Below, one piece after another: positions 9,550 to 18,543 of a stretch of DNA of 64,000 nucleotides; positions within the stretch are counted from its first letter, which is position 1; every line of letters starts with the position of its first letter. The translations under genes and the position numbers were made by a program. The notes below the pieces were generated by a model. That model worked only from the letters and a program-made list of their open reading frames with translations, ran no database searches and was not told where the DNA came from. Origin of the DNA: Patescibacteria group bacterium (GTDB lineage Bacteria > Patescibacteriota > Microgenomatia > UBA1400 > PJMF01); the NCBI GenBank assembly GCA_049322655.1, contig JBMORP010000002.1, positions 32,923-96,922 on the forward strand, read 5' to 3'.

Positions 9550-9685
9550 TTAGCTTTTCTTGAGAAAAAAATTGATATATCAATCTTGTTTTATGATATG
9601 TTTTGATATTGTTTGATAACTATAAATATATTTGTCAGATTAATATGAGACACTTACCCTCGGGGTGAAAGGGGGTGGAGTGAAA
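9523..9685. repeat. ~160-nt composite repeat element, copy A (CIRCE-like palindrome, then TTGATATATCAA, then an AT-rich core, then a GC-rich hairpin end)
   Basis: Aligns along its length with the reverse complement of 30324-30477. Shared blocks are 'ttagcagtcactt', 'attgatatatcaat' and 'tgagacacttaccc.cgggg..aaagggg.tgg'. Confidence 0.7.
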
Positions 9686-9735
9686 AACCTTAATTGAAGA
9701 AGTCAGCTTGCAGTTTAAAACCTAGGGATGATACT

Positions 9736-10443
9736 ATGCCCAATATGAAAAAACAAAGCTTACTTTTAGTGGTTCTGGCCTTTTTATTGGTCGGAGTAGT
9801 TGCCCTAATTATTGAAAAAAACAATAATAAAAATACCACTTCGCTGGAAGAACAGGTTCTGACTTTTCCCAGCAAAAGCCCAACTGTAGTACCAAGTATT
9901 AAACCAATCACAAAGGAATCAATGAAAAAACAATATGATAATCCTCCTGCTATGCAACTTGATAGCACCAAAAAATATCAAGCAACAATGACTACTTCAG
10001 AGGGAGTAATTGTCATTGAGCTTTATGCCGATCAAACCCCTCAAACAGTCAATAACTTTGTTTTTTTGGCTAACGATAAGTTTTATGATGAAACTATCTT
10101 TCACCGAGTGATTAATGGTTTCATGATCCAAGGTGGTGACCCAGAGGGGACAGGAATGGGTGGCCCAGGTTACCGTTTTGCCGATGAAAAATTTACAGGT
10201 GAATACACTCGTGGCACGATCGCCATGGCTAATGCTGGACCAAATACCAATGGCAGTCAATTCTTTATTATGCATCAAGACTATCCATTGCCACCCAACT
10301 ATGTAATTTTTGGTAAAGTGATAAATGGTTTAGAAGTGGTTGATAAAATTGCCACTGCACCAGTCTCAATGAGTTTATCCGGTGAAAAATCTCAACCAGT
10401 TAAACCAGTAACCATCAAGTCCATCACCATTAGTGAAAACTAA
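9736..10443 (+). CDS. ppiB: cyclophilin-type peptidyl-prolyl cis-trans isomerase, membrane-anchored or secreted
   Basis: 'HRVINGFMIQGGDPEGTGMGGPGYRFADE' and 'NGSQFFI'. N-terminal hydrophobic segment. Start placed at MPNMKKQ behind RBS 'taggga'. Confidence 0.85.
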   Translation: MPNMKKQSLLLVVLAFLLVGVVALIIEKNNNKNTTSLEEQVLTFPSKSPTVVPSIKPITKESMKKQYDNPPAMQLDSTKKYQATMTTSEGVIVIELYADQTPQTVNNFVFLANDKFYDETIFHRVINGFMIQGGDPEGTGMGGPGYRFADEKFTGEYTRGTIAMANAGPNTNGSQFFIMHQDYPLPPNYVIFGKVINGLEVVDKIATAPVSMSLSGEKSQPVKPVTIKSITISEN

Positions 10444-10469
10444 AACAACTGGTTAAACATTGAATAATT

Positions 10470-10499
10470 TAGCCCGCTTCACTGCGGGCTATTTTTTTA
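10470..10499. terminator. bidirectional terminator hairpin between ppiB and korB
   Basis: tagcccgc-ttcact-gcgggcta followed by T8. Confidence 0.65.
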
Positions 10500-11357
10500 T
10501 TTAAACTCGTTAAGTGTCTCAGCAATAGAAACTTGAGTCGGACGCTGTTGCAATAAGGTTGCAGTATCAAGTTGGTATAACTGTTGATGGTAAGCCTCTA
10601 AGTTGTCGTTTCTATAAAAAACACCAACTGGCATTTTTTCTATTTCTTGAGATTTTTCCCAAGCTAATTTTTTATCATTGGGTTGATAGCTATCAGCTAA
10701 CTTATAAATTCTTTCTTGGTACCACTGGTAGGTGTTGATTTTATTGAAGGTTGGACAGGGTTGTAAAACATCCAATAACGAAAAACCATCATAAGTCATT
10801 GCTTCTTTAACCAAACCAATTAAATGAGGCATATCTCCAGCATAACCACGAGCCACAAAGCCAGCGTGGTCCGAAAGAGCTAACGCTAAAGGATTAACTG
10901 GCTCCTCAATCAAACCGTCTGGGGTTGATTTGGTTTTTATTCCTTTATCGGTAGTGGGAGAACTTTGACCAGTAGTCAAACTGTAAGTTTGGTTATTATG
11001 AACCAAAACAGTAATATCATGGTTTCCTCTAGCTGCTGAGAGTAAATGATTCATCCCTTCACCATAAGTATCTCCATCTCCAGCAACAACAATAATCTTC
11101 AAATCATGGTTAGCTAGTTTAGCACCAATCGCATTGGGAATAGCTCGACCATGAAGAGCATGAAAACCATAAACTTTATTAAAGTCAGCCATATTGCCAC
11201 TACAACCCACTCCATAAAAAACTACCAAATTTTCTTCAGGCAATTCTAATTGAGCAAAAGCTTGTCTAATCGCCCCTAGAATACCAAAGTTACCACAGCC
11301 TGGACACCAAGTTGGTGTAACTGAGGAGACTGTGCTTTGTAAAGTAATATTTGCCAT
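10497..11357 (-). CDS. korB: 2-oxoacid:ferredoxin oxidoreductase beta subunit (TPP-binding)
   Basis: 'WCPGCGNFGIL' and 'GDGDTYGEG' thiamine-diphosphate binding motifs. Confidence 0.85.
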   Translation of the reverse strand: MANITLQSTVSSVTPTWCPGCGNFGILGAIRQAFAQLELPEENLVVFYGVGCSGNMADFNKVYGFHALHGRAIPNAIGAKLANHDLKIIVVAGDGDTYGEGMNHLLSAARGNHDITVLVHNNQTYSLTTGQSSPTTDKGIKTKSTPDGLIEEPVNPLALALSDHAGFVARGYAGDMPHLIGLVKEAMTYDGFSLLDVLQPCPTFNKINTYQWYQERIYKLADSYQPNDKKLAWEKSQEIEKMPVGVFYRNDNLEAYHQQLYQLDTATLLQQRPTQVSIAETLNEFK

Positions 11358-11360
11358 AAT

Positions 11361-13067
11361 TTACTGCTCCAACCAGGCTAAGATATCTTCTACATAAAAT
11401 GGTCGACCATCATAACGTCTTAAATAGGCAGCCATTTCAATGCCAGTTTCTTGTCTAATAAGTTGTTCAGCTTGACCTGTGGAGTTACCCTCGACCATTA
11501 CTAGTTTCTTGGCTTGCTTAGCTAATTTTTCAAATCCCTCTCTAGGGAAAGGCCAAACAGCTGGTAAATAAATCACATTAGCTTGATCTGTTTTAGCGAC
11601 TACATCTTGTAAGACATTGACTGTTGAACCCCAACAAACAAAAGTTGTAGCAGCTTTTGGCTTACCAATTAGAACTGGTTGAGGTAGTTCTTTAACCAAA
11701 CCTTGATATTTTTTTGCTCGTTTTTTGGTTTGATCGATCGTCATTTGAGATTCTTCGGTTGCAAACCCAAAGTGATCATGTTCGTAAGAATTACTAACAT
11801 AAAAACCATGCTGTTGACCAGGAATAGATCTGGGAGAAACTCCAGAGTCAGACATCGCATAACGTCTGAAGCTATCATCTGTCGGCAGCTCTTCATCTGT
11901 AACCAAACCTAAGCGCTCAACTTTGGTTTCTGCTGGTGGAGTAGGCATAGTCTGATGAGATTCCAAAATATATTTATCACTTAAAATGAAAACCGGGATA
12001 TGGTATTTCTCAGCCAAATCAAAAGCTAATCTAGTAGCCTGATAGTGATCAGCTGCTGTTCCAGGAGTTAAGACTACTCGTTGAAACTCTCCATGACCGG
12101 CCCTCAACACAAACTGTAGATCTGCTTGAGAAGTCCAAGTGGGCAAACCAGTAGCTGGACCAGGTCGCTGACCATAAAGAATTACCAAGGGCAACTCCAT
12201 CACTCCTGCCAGAGAAAGACCTTCCACCATCAAAGCAAAACCACCTCCAGAGGACCCTGTCATTGCTCTCACTCCAGCAAAAGAAGCCCCCAGCGCTTGG
12301 TTAATAGCAGAGATTTCATCTTCAACATGTTTAACAATCAGCGGATATTTTTTTTGTTGAGCAGCTAAAAAATGTAGTAGAGCAGAGGCCGGAGTCATTG
12401 GATAAGCACTATAATATTGAATCCCACTAGCCAAAGCTCCCAAACCAATCGCCTCGTTACCAGTTAATAAAACCTGGTTATCTCGTTGGCTAACCGTAAA
12501 ATTAGCTAATGGTTTTTCGACTTTCAAAAACTCATCATAACCCAACTGGAAAGCTGCCTGATCCATATTGATAATTGCTTCACCTTTATCGGCAAATTCC
12601 TCAGCTACTAACTGCAAACCAGCTTGTTGGTCAAAACCAAAAGCAGCTGTTGTTACTCCAAAAGCCACCATATTAGTTGCTAACTTACTTTTTGTCGTTG
12701 TCCTAGAAAATTCATTCAAAGGCAAACTAACAACTTTACCAGAAAAACCCATGAGCTCTTCTTGAGTCAATTCTCCAGCATTTTGGTTATAAACTACCAG
12801 CGAGTCTTTGGTTAGTTCCTGTTGATGTTCTCTAAAGGCAGCCTTACCAAAAGTAACCAACAAGTCTAACTGTCTTCGTTGAGAGTAAATGGGCTGTTCA
12901 GCAAAAGAAACCTGCCCAGTTTGATGACCACCTTTAATTAATGATGGGTACTCCAAATAGTTAAAAGCCGATAAACCATGACGTTTAGCCAACTTAGCCA
13001 CCATTTTAGAAACAGCCATTACTCCTTCACCGGCTTGACCAGCAATTTTCCAGTTCCATTCTTTCAT
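11361..13067 (-). CDS. korA: 2-oxoacid:ferredoxin oxidoreductase alpha (fused gamma/alpha) subunit
   Basis: Starts 'MKEWNWKIAGQAGEGV' (Met at complement of 13065-13067). The ORF track extends to 13199, but that extension collides with the divergent flavodoxin gene. Stop lies 3 nt from the korB start. Confidence 0.8.
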   Translation of the reverse strand: MKEWNWKIAGQAGEGVMAVSKMVAKLAKRHGLSAFNYLEYPSLIKGGHQTGQVSFAEQPIYSQRRQLDLLVTFGKAAFREHQQELTKDSLVVYNQNAGELTQEELMGFSGKVVSLPLNEFSRTTTKSKLATNMVAFGVTTAAFGFDQQAGLQLVAEEFADKGEAIINMDQAAFQLGYDEFLKVEKPLANFTVSQRDNQVLLTGNEAIGLGALASGIQYYSAYPMTPASALLHFLAAQQKKYPLIVKHVEDEISAINQALGASFAGVRAMTGSSGGGFALMVEGLSLAGVMELPLVILYGQRPGPATGLPTWTSQADLQFVLRAGHGEFQRVVLTPGTAADHYQATRLAFDLAEKYHIPVFILSDKYILESHQTMPTPPAETKVERLGLVTDEELPTDDSFRRYAMSDSGVSPRSIPGQQHGFYVSNSYEHDHFGFATEESQMTIDQTKKRAKKYQGLVKELPQPVLIGKPKAATTFVCWGSTVNVLQDVVAKTDQANVIYLPAVWPFPREGFEKLAKQAKKLVMVEGNSTGQAEQLIRQETGIEMAAYLRRYDGRPFYVEDILAWLEQ

Positions 13068-13120
13068 AGCGACATTGTAGGAGTTGACACTGGAATGGTC
13101 AAGCCAACTGTATTGATTCT

Positions 13121-13136
13121 TGTAGAAAATGTTACA
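13121..13136. promoter_or_regulatory. CRP/FNR-family-like palindrome TGTAG-N6-TTACA upstream of korA and fldA
   Basis: 16-nt TGTA-N8-TACA, ~55-70 nt upstream of the korA start. The same architecture sits upstream of pflB. Confidence 0.35.
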
Positions 13137-13144
13137 ATTTTTAT

Positions 13145-13588
13145 ATGAAAATACTGGTTCTTTATGGTTCTTTGACTGGCAATACCGAGTTTGTAGCAAA
13201 CCAAATCGCTGATTTTTTGAACAATCACCACATCGAAAACGACTTATTTAATGCTCAAGAATTTTCACCAAAGAACATATTGGCTTATGACTTGCTAATT
13301 TTGGGTTCATCCACCTGGGACTATGGCCAATTTCAAGAAGACTTTGCTGCATTTTTTGAAGAAATAAAAGAACTAGATTTTAAAAATAAAAAATTTATTG
13401 TTTTTGGTTGCGGTGATACTGGCTATGAACATTTCTGTAAAGCCGTTGATCTGATTGAAGACTTTCTCACCTTGAAACAAGCTAAAAAAATTGCTAGTAG
13501 TCTCAAAATAGATGGCTATCCTCAACAACCAATCAATCAACAACTAATTAATGATTGGTTAACAACTCTAATAAAATCATTAACATAA
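13145..13588 (+). CDS. fldA: short-chain flavodoxin
   Basis: 'MKILVLYGSLTGNTEFVA' FMN-binding N-terminus, 147 aa. Divergent from korAB. Confidence 0.85.
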   Translation: MKILVLYGSLTGNTEFVANQIADFLNNHHIENDLFNAQEFSPKNILAYDLLILGSSTWDYGQFQEDFAAFFEEIKELDFKNKKFIVFGCGDTGYEHFCKAVDLIEDFLTLKQAKKIASSLKIDGYPQQPINQQLINDWLTTLIKSLT

Positions 13589-13592
13589 AAAA

Positions 13593-13620
13593 ACACCCCA
13601 TTAGCTGGGGTGTTTATTAA
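13593..13620. terminator. bidirectional terminator hairpin
   Basis: acacccca-ttagc-tggggtgt followed by a T-run. Confidence 0.65.
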
Positions 13621-13632
13621 TTAAAATCTAAG

Positions 13633-13863
13633 TTATTTCTTTTTGGCTTTTTTAACAACCTTCTTTGCAGCAACAGTGCCTTTTTTAACAGCTTTTTTGG
13701 CTGAAGCTACTGCTTTATTTTTAGCAACCTTAGCTTTACTAACTGCCTTCTTAGCTACCTTAACAGTTTTGTCTCTGTTTTCTTTTTTAGAAAAAAATAT
13801 TGCTGCAGCCCCGACAGCTAAACCTGTTACTAAAGCTAACAAGCCACCTTTTCTTTTTGCCAT
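13633..13863 (-). CDS. Lys/Ala-rich histone H1-like basic protein with N-terminal hydrophobic helix
   Basis: 76 aa. 'GGLLALVTGLAVGAAAIFF' followed by KAxKKA repeats ('KKAVSKAKVAKNKAVASAKKAVKK'). Confidence 0.5.
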   Translation of the reverse strand: MAKRKGGLLALVTGLAVGAAAIFFSKKENRDKTVKVAKKAVSKAKVAKNKAVASAKKAVKKGTVAAKKVVKKAKKK

Positions 13864-13931
13864 AGGTCCATCCCATCTTTATTACTTAGTGATAACTCTA
13901 TTCTCCAGGAAAAAGAATCCACTTGTCAAGG

Positions 13932-15347
13932 CTATTCTGCATGAACAATTGACAAACTATTAGTTAAGCCTGGAGTCTTCCAAATCGAACCATAAATAAC
14001 TAACACGGTTTCATTTTTTTTGATCAAATTCTTAGCTTTCATCATCTCCACAATTGCATTGGGCTCTTCGACCTTGCTTTCAGGAAACTCAACAATATGG
14101 GGCTCAACGCCATAATTTAAAGCTAACTTTCGATAAGTAACTTGATTGCTAGTCAAAGCATGAACGGTGACTTTTGGTCTAAAACGAGAGATCAGGTTGG
14201 CGGTATTGCCTGTTTCAGTTAAACAAACAACACTATCAATCTTGTCTTCATTTTGCAGCAAGTAAACAGCCGCATGAGTAACTAAACTACAATCGTTTTC
14301 ATCTACCCATTCTTCTAAATAAGAGACTTCGAACTCTTCGTTGAAAGCAGCAATTTTGGCTTGAGTAGCCACTGCTTTAACTGGAAATTTACCAATGGTA
14401 GTTTCCTCCGAAAGCATGACTGCATCGGTACTATCATAAACAGCATTGGCCACATCACTTACTTCAGCTCTAGTTGGTCGAGGAGATTCAACCATTGATT
14501 TCAACATTTGGGTTGCAGTAATCACTGGTTTACCAGCCAAACGACATTTCGTAATAATTAGTTTTTGCCAAAAAGCCAGTTGTTCAAAAGGTACTTCCAC
14601 AGCCAAATCACCACGAGCCACCATCACAGCATCACTAACTTCAATGATTTCATCAAGATTATCCAAAGCAGCTTGGTTTTCAATCTTAGCCACAATACTA
14701 GCCTTACCCAAGTTTCTCTTTTCCAATTCTTTTCTGAGAATCTCCACATCTTTTTTGTCACGGACAAAAGATAAACCAACAAAATCTACTCCTGTTTCAA
14801 CTGCACCATCTAGCTGAACTAAGTCAGCAGCAATTAAAGAAGGCATATCGATAGTAATACCTGGAGTGTTCATGGTTTTTCTGTGAGCAACTTCAAAATC
14901 ACCCAAAGCCTTAGCAACTAAATAATCGTCAGCTTTTTTAATAATCTCAAACTCACAACGGCCATCATCCAACAACACAAAGTTACCTTCTTGCAAAGTT
15001 TCAACCACGTTGCTAGGAATAAAAATAACTTTTTCTTCTTTGCTAGTTTCATCAGCTGTGAGAACTAGGGTTTCGCCATCCTTCATCTCAAAACCTTCAC
15101 CATTACGTAAATTAATCCTAATTTCTGGTCCTTGTAAATCGAGTAAAACAGCAATAGGCAAACCTTTTTCAGCAGCTACTTTTCTGACTCGCTGCACTCT
15201 TTCACGATGCCATTCTGGAGTACCATGTTTGGTGTTAAATCTAGCTACATTCATCCCAGCATCAATAAGTTGGCCAATGATTTCTTCTGTTTCTGTAGCT
15301 GGACCAATCGTGGCGACAATCTTTGTTCTTTTAAAAGTATCATTCAT
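13932..15347 (-). CDS. pyk: pyruvate kinase
   Basis: 'KIVATIGPA', 'MVARGDLAVE', 471 aa. Confidence 0.9.
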   Translation of the reverse strand: MNDTFKRTKIVATIGPATETEEIIGQLIDAGMNVARFNTKHGTPEWHRERVQRVRKVAAEKGLPIAVLLDLQGPEIRINLRNGEGFEMKDGETLVLTADETSKEEKVIFIPSNVVETLQEGNFVLLDDGRCEFEIIKKADDYLVAKALGDFEVAHRKTMNTPGITIDMPSLIAADLVQLDGAVETGVDFVGLSFVRDKKDVEILRKELEKRNLGKASIVAKIENQAALDNLDEIIEVSDAVMVARGDLAVEVPFEQLAFWQKLIITKCRLAGKPVITATQMLKSMVESPRPTRAEVSDVANAVYDSTDAVMLSEETTIGKFPVKAVATQAKIAAFNEEFEVSYLEEWVDENDCSLVTHAAVYLLQNEDKIDSVVCLTETGNTANLISRFRPKVTVHALTSNQVTYRKLALNYGVEPHIVEFPESKVEEPNAIVEMMKAKNLIKKNETVLVIYGSIWKTPGLTNSLSIVHAE

Positions 15348-15400
15348 GAATAACTTTCTTTTTTTACCTTTATAATCAAAACAAATACCTGACTAGAGGA

Positions 15401-16177
15401 TTGCTTAATTATATACCTGAACTCTTGGGGTTAAAACAACAGTTTACCAAATATGCTACAGTTTTATTAATTATGACCGCACAAAACTTAATCATTGAAC
15501 TAAAAAAACTAGCCAATCCACAAAAAGCTAAAGTTTTACAAGGCTTCTTTAAAACAGGTCAGAGTCAATATGGCGCTGGTGATGTTTTTTGGGGAATAAC
15601 TGTACCAGCACAGCGAAAGATTGCTAAAAGCTTTAAAGACCTGACTTTAACTGAAGTAAAAAAACTAATTTATAGCTCTGTACATGAACAAAGACTAACT
15701 GGCTTACTAATACTAGTTTACCAATATGAACAGGCTGACCAAAATGAACAAAACAAGATTTTTGAGTTTTACTTCAAACATAGAACTCAAGTCAACAACT
15801 GGGATTTGGTAGATGTCACCACTCCCAAAATAGTTGGACAACATATTCTCAATAAGCCAGAGTTACAACCGCAAGTTTTTGCTTTAATTAACTCAACCAA
15901 TCTTTGGGATCGAAGAATTGCTTTATTGGCTACTTTTCCTTTTATTAAAAAGGAGATATTTCAACCAACTTTGAGTTTAGCTACTAAGGTTTTGGCAGAC
16001 CAACACGACTTAATTCATAAAGCTAGTGGGTGGATGCTCAGAGAAGTAGGGAAAATGCAAAAAAAACCACTTTTAGATTTTCTAGACAAACATAAACAAA
16101 AAATGCCCAGGACCATGCTTCGTTATGCAATCGAAAAATTGGCTGAACCTGTTAGAAAAAAATATCTAGCCAAATAA
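15401..16177 (+). CDS. AlkD/AlkC-like HEAT-repeat DNA alkylation repair glycosylase
   Basis: 'KAKVLQGFFKTGQSQYGAGDVFWGITVP' and 'NNWDLVD' resemble the DNA_alkylation family. The true start may be the internal Met 'MTAQ'. Confidence 0.55.
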   Translation: MLNYIPELLGLKQQFTKYATVLLIMTAQNLIIELKKLANPQKAKVLQGFFKTGQSQYGAGDVFWGITVPAQRKIAKSFKDLTLTEVKKLIYSSVHEQRLTGLLILVYQYEQADQNEQNKIFEFYFKHRTQVNNWDLVDVTTPKIVGQHILNKPELQPQVFALINSTNLWDRRIALLATFPFIKKEIFQPTLSLATKVLADQHDLIHKASGWMLREVGKMQKKPLLDFLDKHKQKMPRTMLRYAIEKLAEPVRKKYLAK

Positions 16178-16180
16178 CTA

Positions 16181-16208
16181 AAAACCCCGACCAACAGGCC
16201 GGGGTTTT
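16181..16208. terminator. terminator hairpin
   Basis: aaaaccccgacc-aaca-ggccggggtttt. Confidence 0.6.
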
Positions 16209-16227
16209 AACAAATCACTAAGCAAAA

Positions 16228-17115
16228 CTAATAAGAAAATCTATCTAACATTCTAGTAAACCAACCCTGAGAAGCATAGTCTTGGGTTACTTCACCAGTA
16301 GCATCATCTAAAATTATTTTTCTCTCAACCATTCTGGGGAAAAAGCTGAATAGTTTTTTCTCTTCGACGACATCAGCAACATACTGAATTCCATCTTCAG
16401 TAGCAACTGCTTCTAATTCATTATTTTCTGGGTCAAATGAGCTATCTGTTAAGACACCAGCTTCTTTCATCCTAGCCAAAGCTTGATCTGGAAGGTGAGT
16501 TAAAATGTGTTCTTGACCTGATGGCGTTGTTAACTTGACCTCATTATTTTCTGAATCAAGAACAAACTCAGCCCCATTAAGATGAGCTTTGACATTTCTA
16601 GTTCTAATCTCTAAAGCTGCTTCTTCACCCATGTTTCGTTCTCTGAGCTCAACCATTTCTTGAATTCTTTCTTGCCTAGCTTCCTGAATTTTCTGTTGGT
16701 ACTCACTCATTTTCTCTCGTTGTTCCTCAGATAACTCTTTAGTTCTAGCAGGAAAACGCATCTCTAAGTTATCAGACATCATTGTTTCTCCAGCAGTGCC
16801 CATTGAACCAGCCCCTGAACTGTCTCTCAATTGAACCTGAGGACCTGCTTCTTCCATGGTCACAACTAAATCTTTATTCTCTTGGGTGGGAACGTATTTA
16901 GTAGGCGTTTTAGGAGCTGTAGCTGGTCGAGTGTTTGAAGATGGGGCTGAGATTGGCTGAATACTGGGTCTATCGGTAGTTTTACCTAACACATAGCCTT
17001 CATACATCTTGATATTACCCTGTTGATCAACCTCGATCTCCAAAGCCAAGACTGGTGATACAAACATTGCCATTAAAAAAACCAAACCACCTAAAGTAAG
17101 TGTTGTTTTTTTCAT
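16228..17115 (-). CDS. secreted hypothetical protein (signal peptide plus charged coiled-coil region)
   Basis: Signal 'MKKTTLTLGGLVFLMAMFVSPVLA'. Pro/Thr-rich linker, then a Glu/Arg-rich helical stretch. Confidence 0.5.
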   Translation of the reverse strand: MKKTTLTLGGLVFLMAMFVSPVLALEIEVDQQGNIKMYEGYVLGKTTDRPSIQPISAPSSNTRPATAPKTPTKYVPTQENKDLVVTMEEAGPQVQLRDSSGAGSMGTAGETMMSDNLEMRFPARTKELSEEQREKMSEYQQKIQEARQERIQEMVELRERNMGEEAALEIRTRNVKAHLNGAEFVLDSENNEVKLTTPSGQEHILTHLPDQALARMKEAGVLTDSSFDPENNELEAVATEDGIQYVADVVEEKKLFSFFPRMVERKIILDDATGEVTQDYASQGWFTRMLDRFSY

Positions 17116-17217
17116 AAATTTTTCCTTTACTAACTACTTAAGTTACTAAACTAGTTTAACTAGTATGACAAATTATTAAACTATTATCAAGAAACTAGAT
17201 ACGTTACAATCTGGTAT

Positions 17218-18543
17218 ATGAAATTATTGTTAATGAAGCTTTTCCTTGAATACATTAGAGTTTTAGCCAAACTCCAACTGCTTAAAACCAAACCCATGGT
17301 AATTGGTCTAACTGGTTCAGCTGGTAAAACTAGCACCCTAAATGCAATTGAGGCTATTTTAAAAGATTTACCTGACAAAAAAATTAAAATTAGCCATAAA
17401 GCCAACTCAGAAGTGGGCTTACCACTCAATATCTTAGGGATTACCGTTAAAGATTTTAGTTTGAAAAGTTGGGTAAAAATCTTTTTTTTAGCCGGGTGGA
17501 AAACTTTGACTAATTGGGAAAAAATTAATATTTATGTCGCTGAAATGGGCATTGATAGTCCATATCCTCCCAAAAACATGAGTTATTTGCTCAGCTTCCT
17601 CCAACCAAAAATCGGTATTTTCCTCAATGTTTCAGCTGTACACAGTGAGGCTTTTGATCATTTAGTCAAAGAGACTGATCCTGCCAAGAAAAATCAAGCT
17701 GTAATTCAACAAATTGCCTTGGAAAAAGGCAAGCTAATCAAAAGTTTAAAAGCAAATAGTACTGCAATTCTCAACTTTGATGACCCAGTTGTGGCTCAAT
17801 TTGGACCACAAACCCAGGCTAAAACCATTACTTTTGGTACAAAATCTGCTAACTTAATTTTAAAAACTTGGGAACCATCAATTACTGGCACTAAATTCAC
17901 TTACTTATATCAAAATAAAACATACCAACTAAACTTCAAAGACTTTGTGCTACCTAAAAAATTCGGGTACAGCCTGGCAGCCGCAATTACCACTGGCTTA
18001 GCCATAGGTATGGGTATCGAAAAAATTATTAGTAGTCTTGAAAAAAACCTAGTTATACCACCAGGCAGATCCACCTTGCTTTCAGGAGTAAATAATACCT
18101 ACATTCTGGATAGTTCATATAATTCATCCCTAGACCCAGCTTTAGAAATGCTAGCGTTACTTGACAAAATTGCACCAAAAAGAAAAATTGCCATCTTGGG
18201 TGATATGAGAGAAATGGGGGATGAGGCGGAATTAGCTCATCTACAATTAATCGAATCAGCCCTTAATAAGGTAGATCTCCTACTATTAGTGGGACCGTTA
18301 ATGAGTAAATACAGTAAAACCTTTAACAGTAAGAAATTACAACTATTTAATACTGCTCAACAAGCGGTTGAATTTTTAAAGCCACAATTAATAGCCACAG
18401 ATACTATTTTAGTGAAAGCATCACAAAATAGTTTGTTGTTAGAAATCGCAGTTGAACAACTGCTAGCAAATCCCACAGATATTAATAATTTGTGCCGTCG
18501 TGGAACTAATTGGGATAAACTCAGAAACAAGCTAATTAACTAA
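17218..18543 (+). CDS. Mur ligase family protein, MurF-like but lacking the canonical N-terminal domain
   Basis: P-loop 'GLTGSAGKTST' already at residue ~33. 'EMGIDSPYPPKNMSYLLSFLQPKIGIFLNVSAVHSE' matches the MurF central domain. C-terminal 'ILGDMREMGDEAELAH' is MurF-like. Confidence 0.6.
   Translation: MKLLLMKLFLEYIRVLAKLQLLKTKPMVIGLTGSAGKTSTLNAIEAILKDLPDKKIKISHKANSEVGLPLNILGITVKDFSLKSWVKIFFLAGWKTLTNWEKINIYVAEMGIDSPYPPKNMSYLLSFLQPKIGIFLNVSAVHSEAFDHLVKETDPAKKNQAVIQQIALEKGKLIKSLKANSTAILNFDDPVVAQFGPQTQAKTITFGTKSANLILKTWEPSITGTKFTYLYQNKTYQLNFKDFVLPKKFGYSLAAAITTGLAIGMGIEKIISSLEKNLVIPPGRSTLLSGVNNTYILDSSYNSSLDPALEMLALLDKIAPKRKIAILGDMREMGDEAELAHLQLIESALNKVDLLLLVGPLMSKYSKTFNSKKLQLFNTAQQAVEFLKPQLIATDTILVKASQNSLLLEIAVEQLLANPTDINNLCRRGTNWDKLRNKLIN

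Noticed and set aside
9572-9583. TTGATATATCAA read as an FNR box
   Set aside because: The FNR consensus is TTGAT-N4-ATCAA (14 nt). This site has a 2-nt spacer, so it is better explained as part of the 160-nt repeat.
9690-10278. 93-aa minus-strand ORFs overlapping the cyclophilin gene
   Set aside because: They are antisense to a gene with unmistakable cyclophilin motifs.
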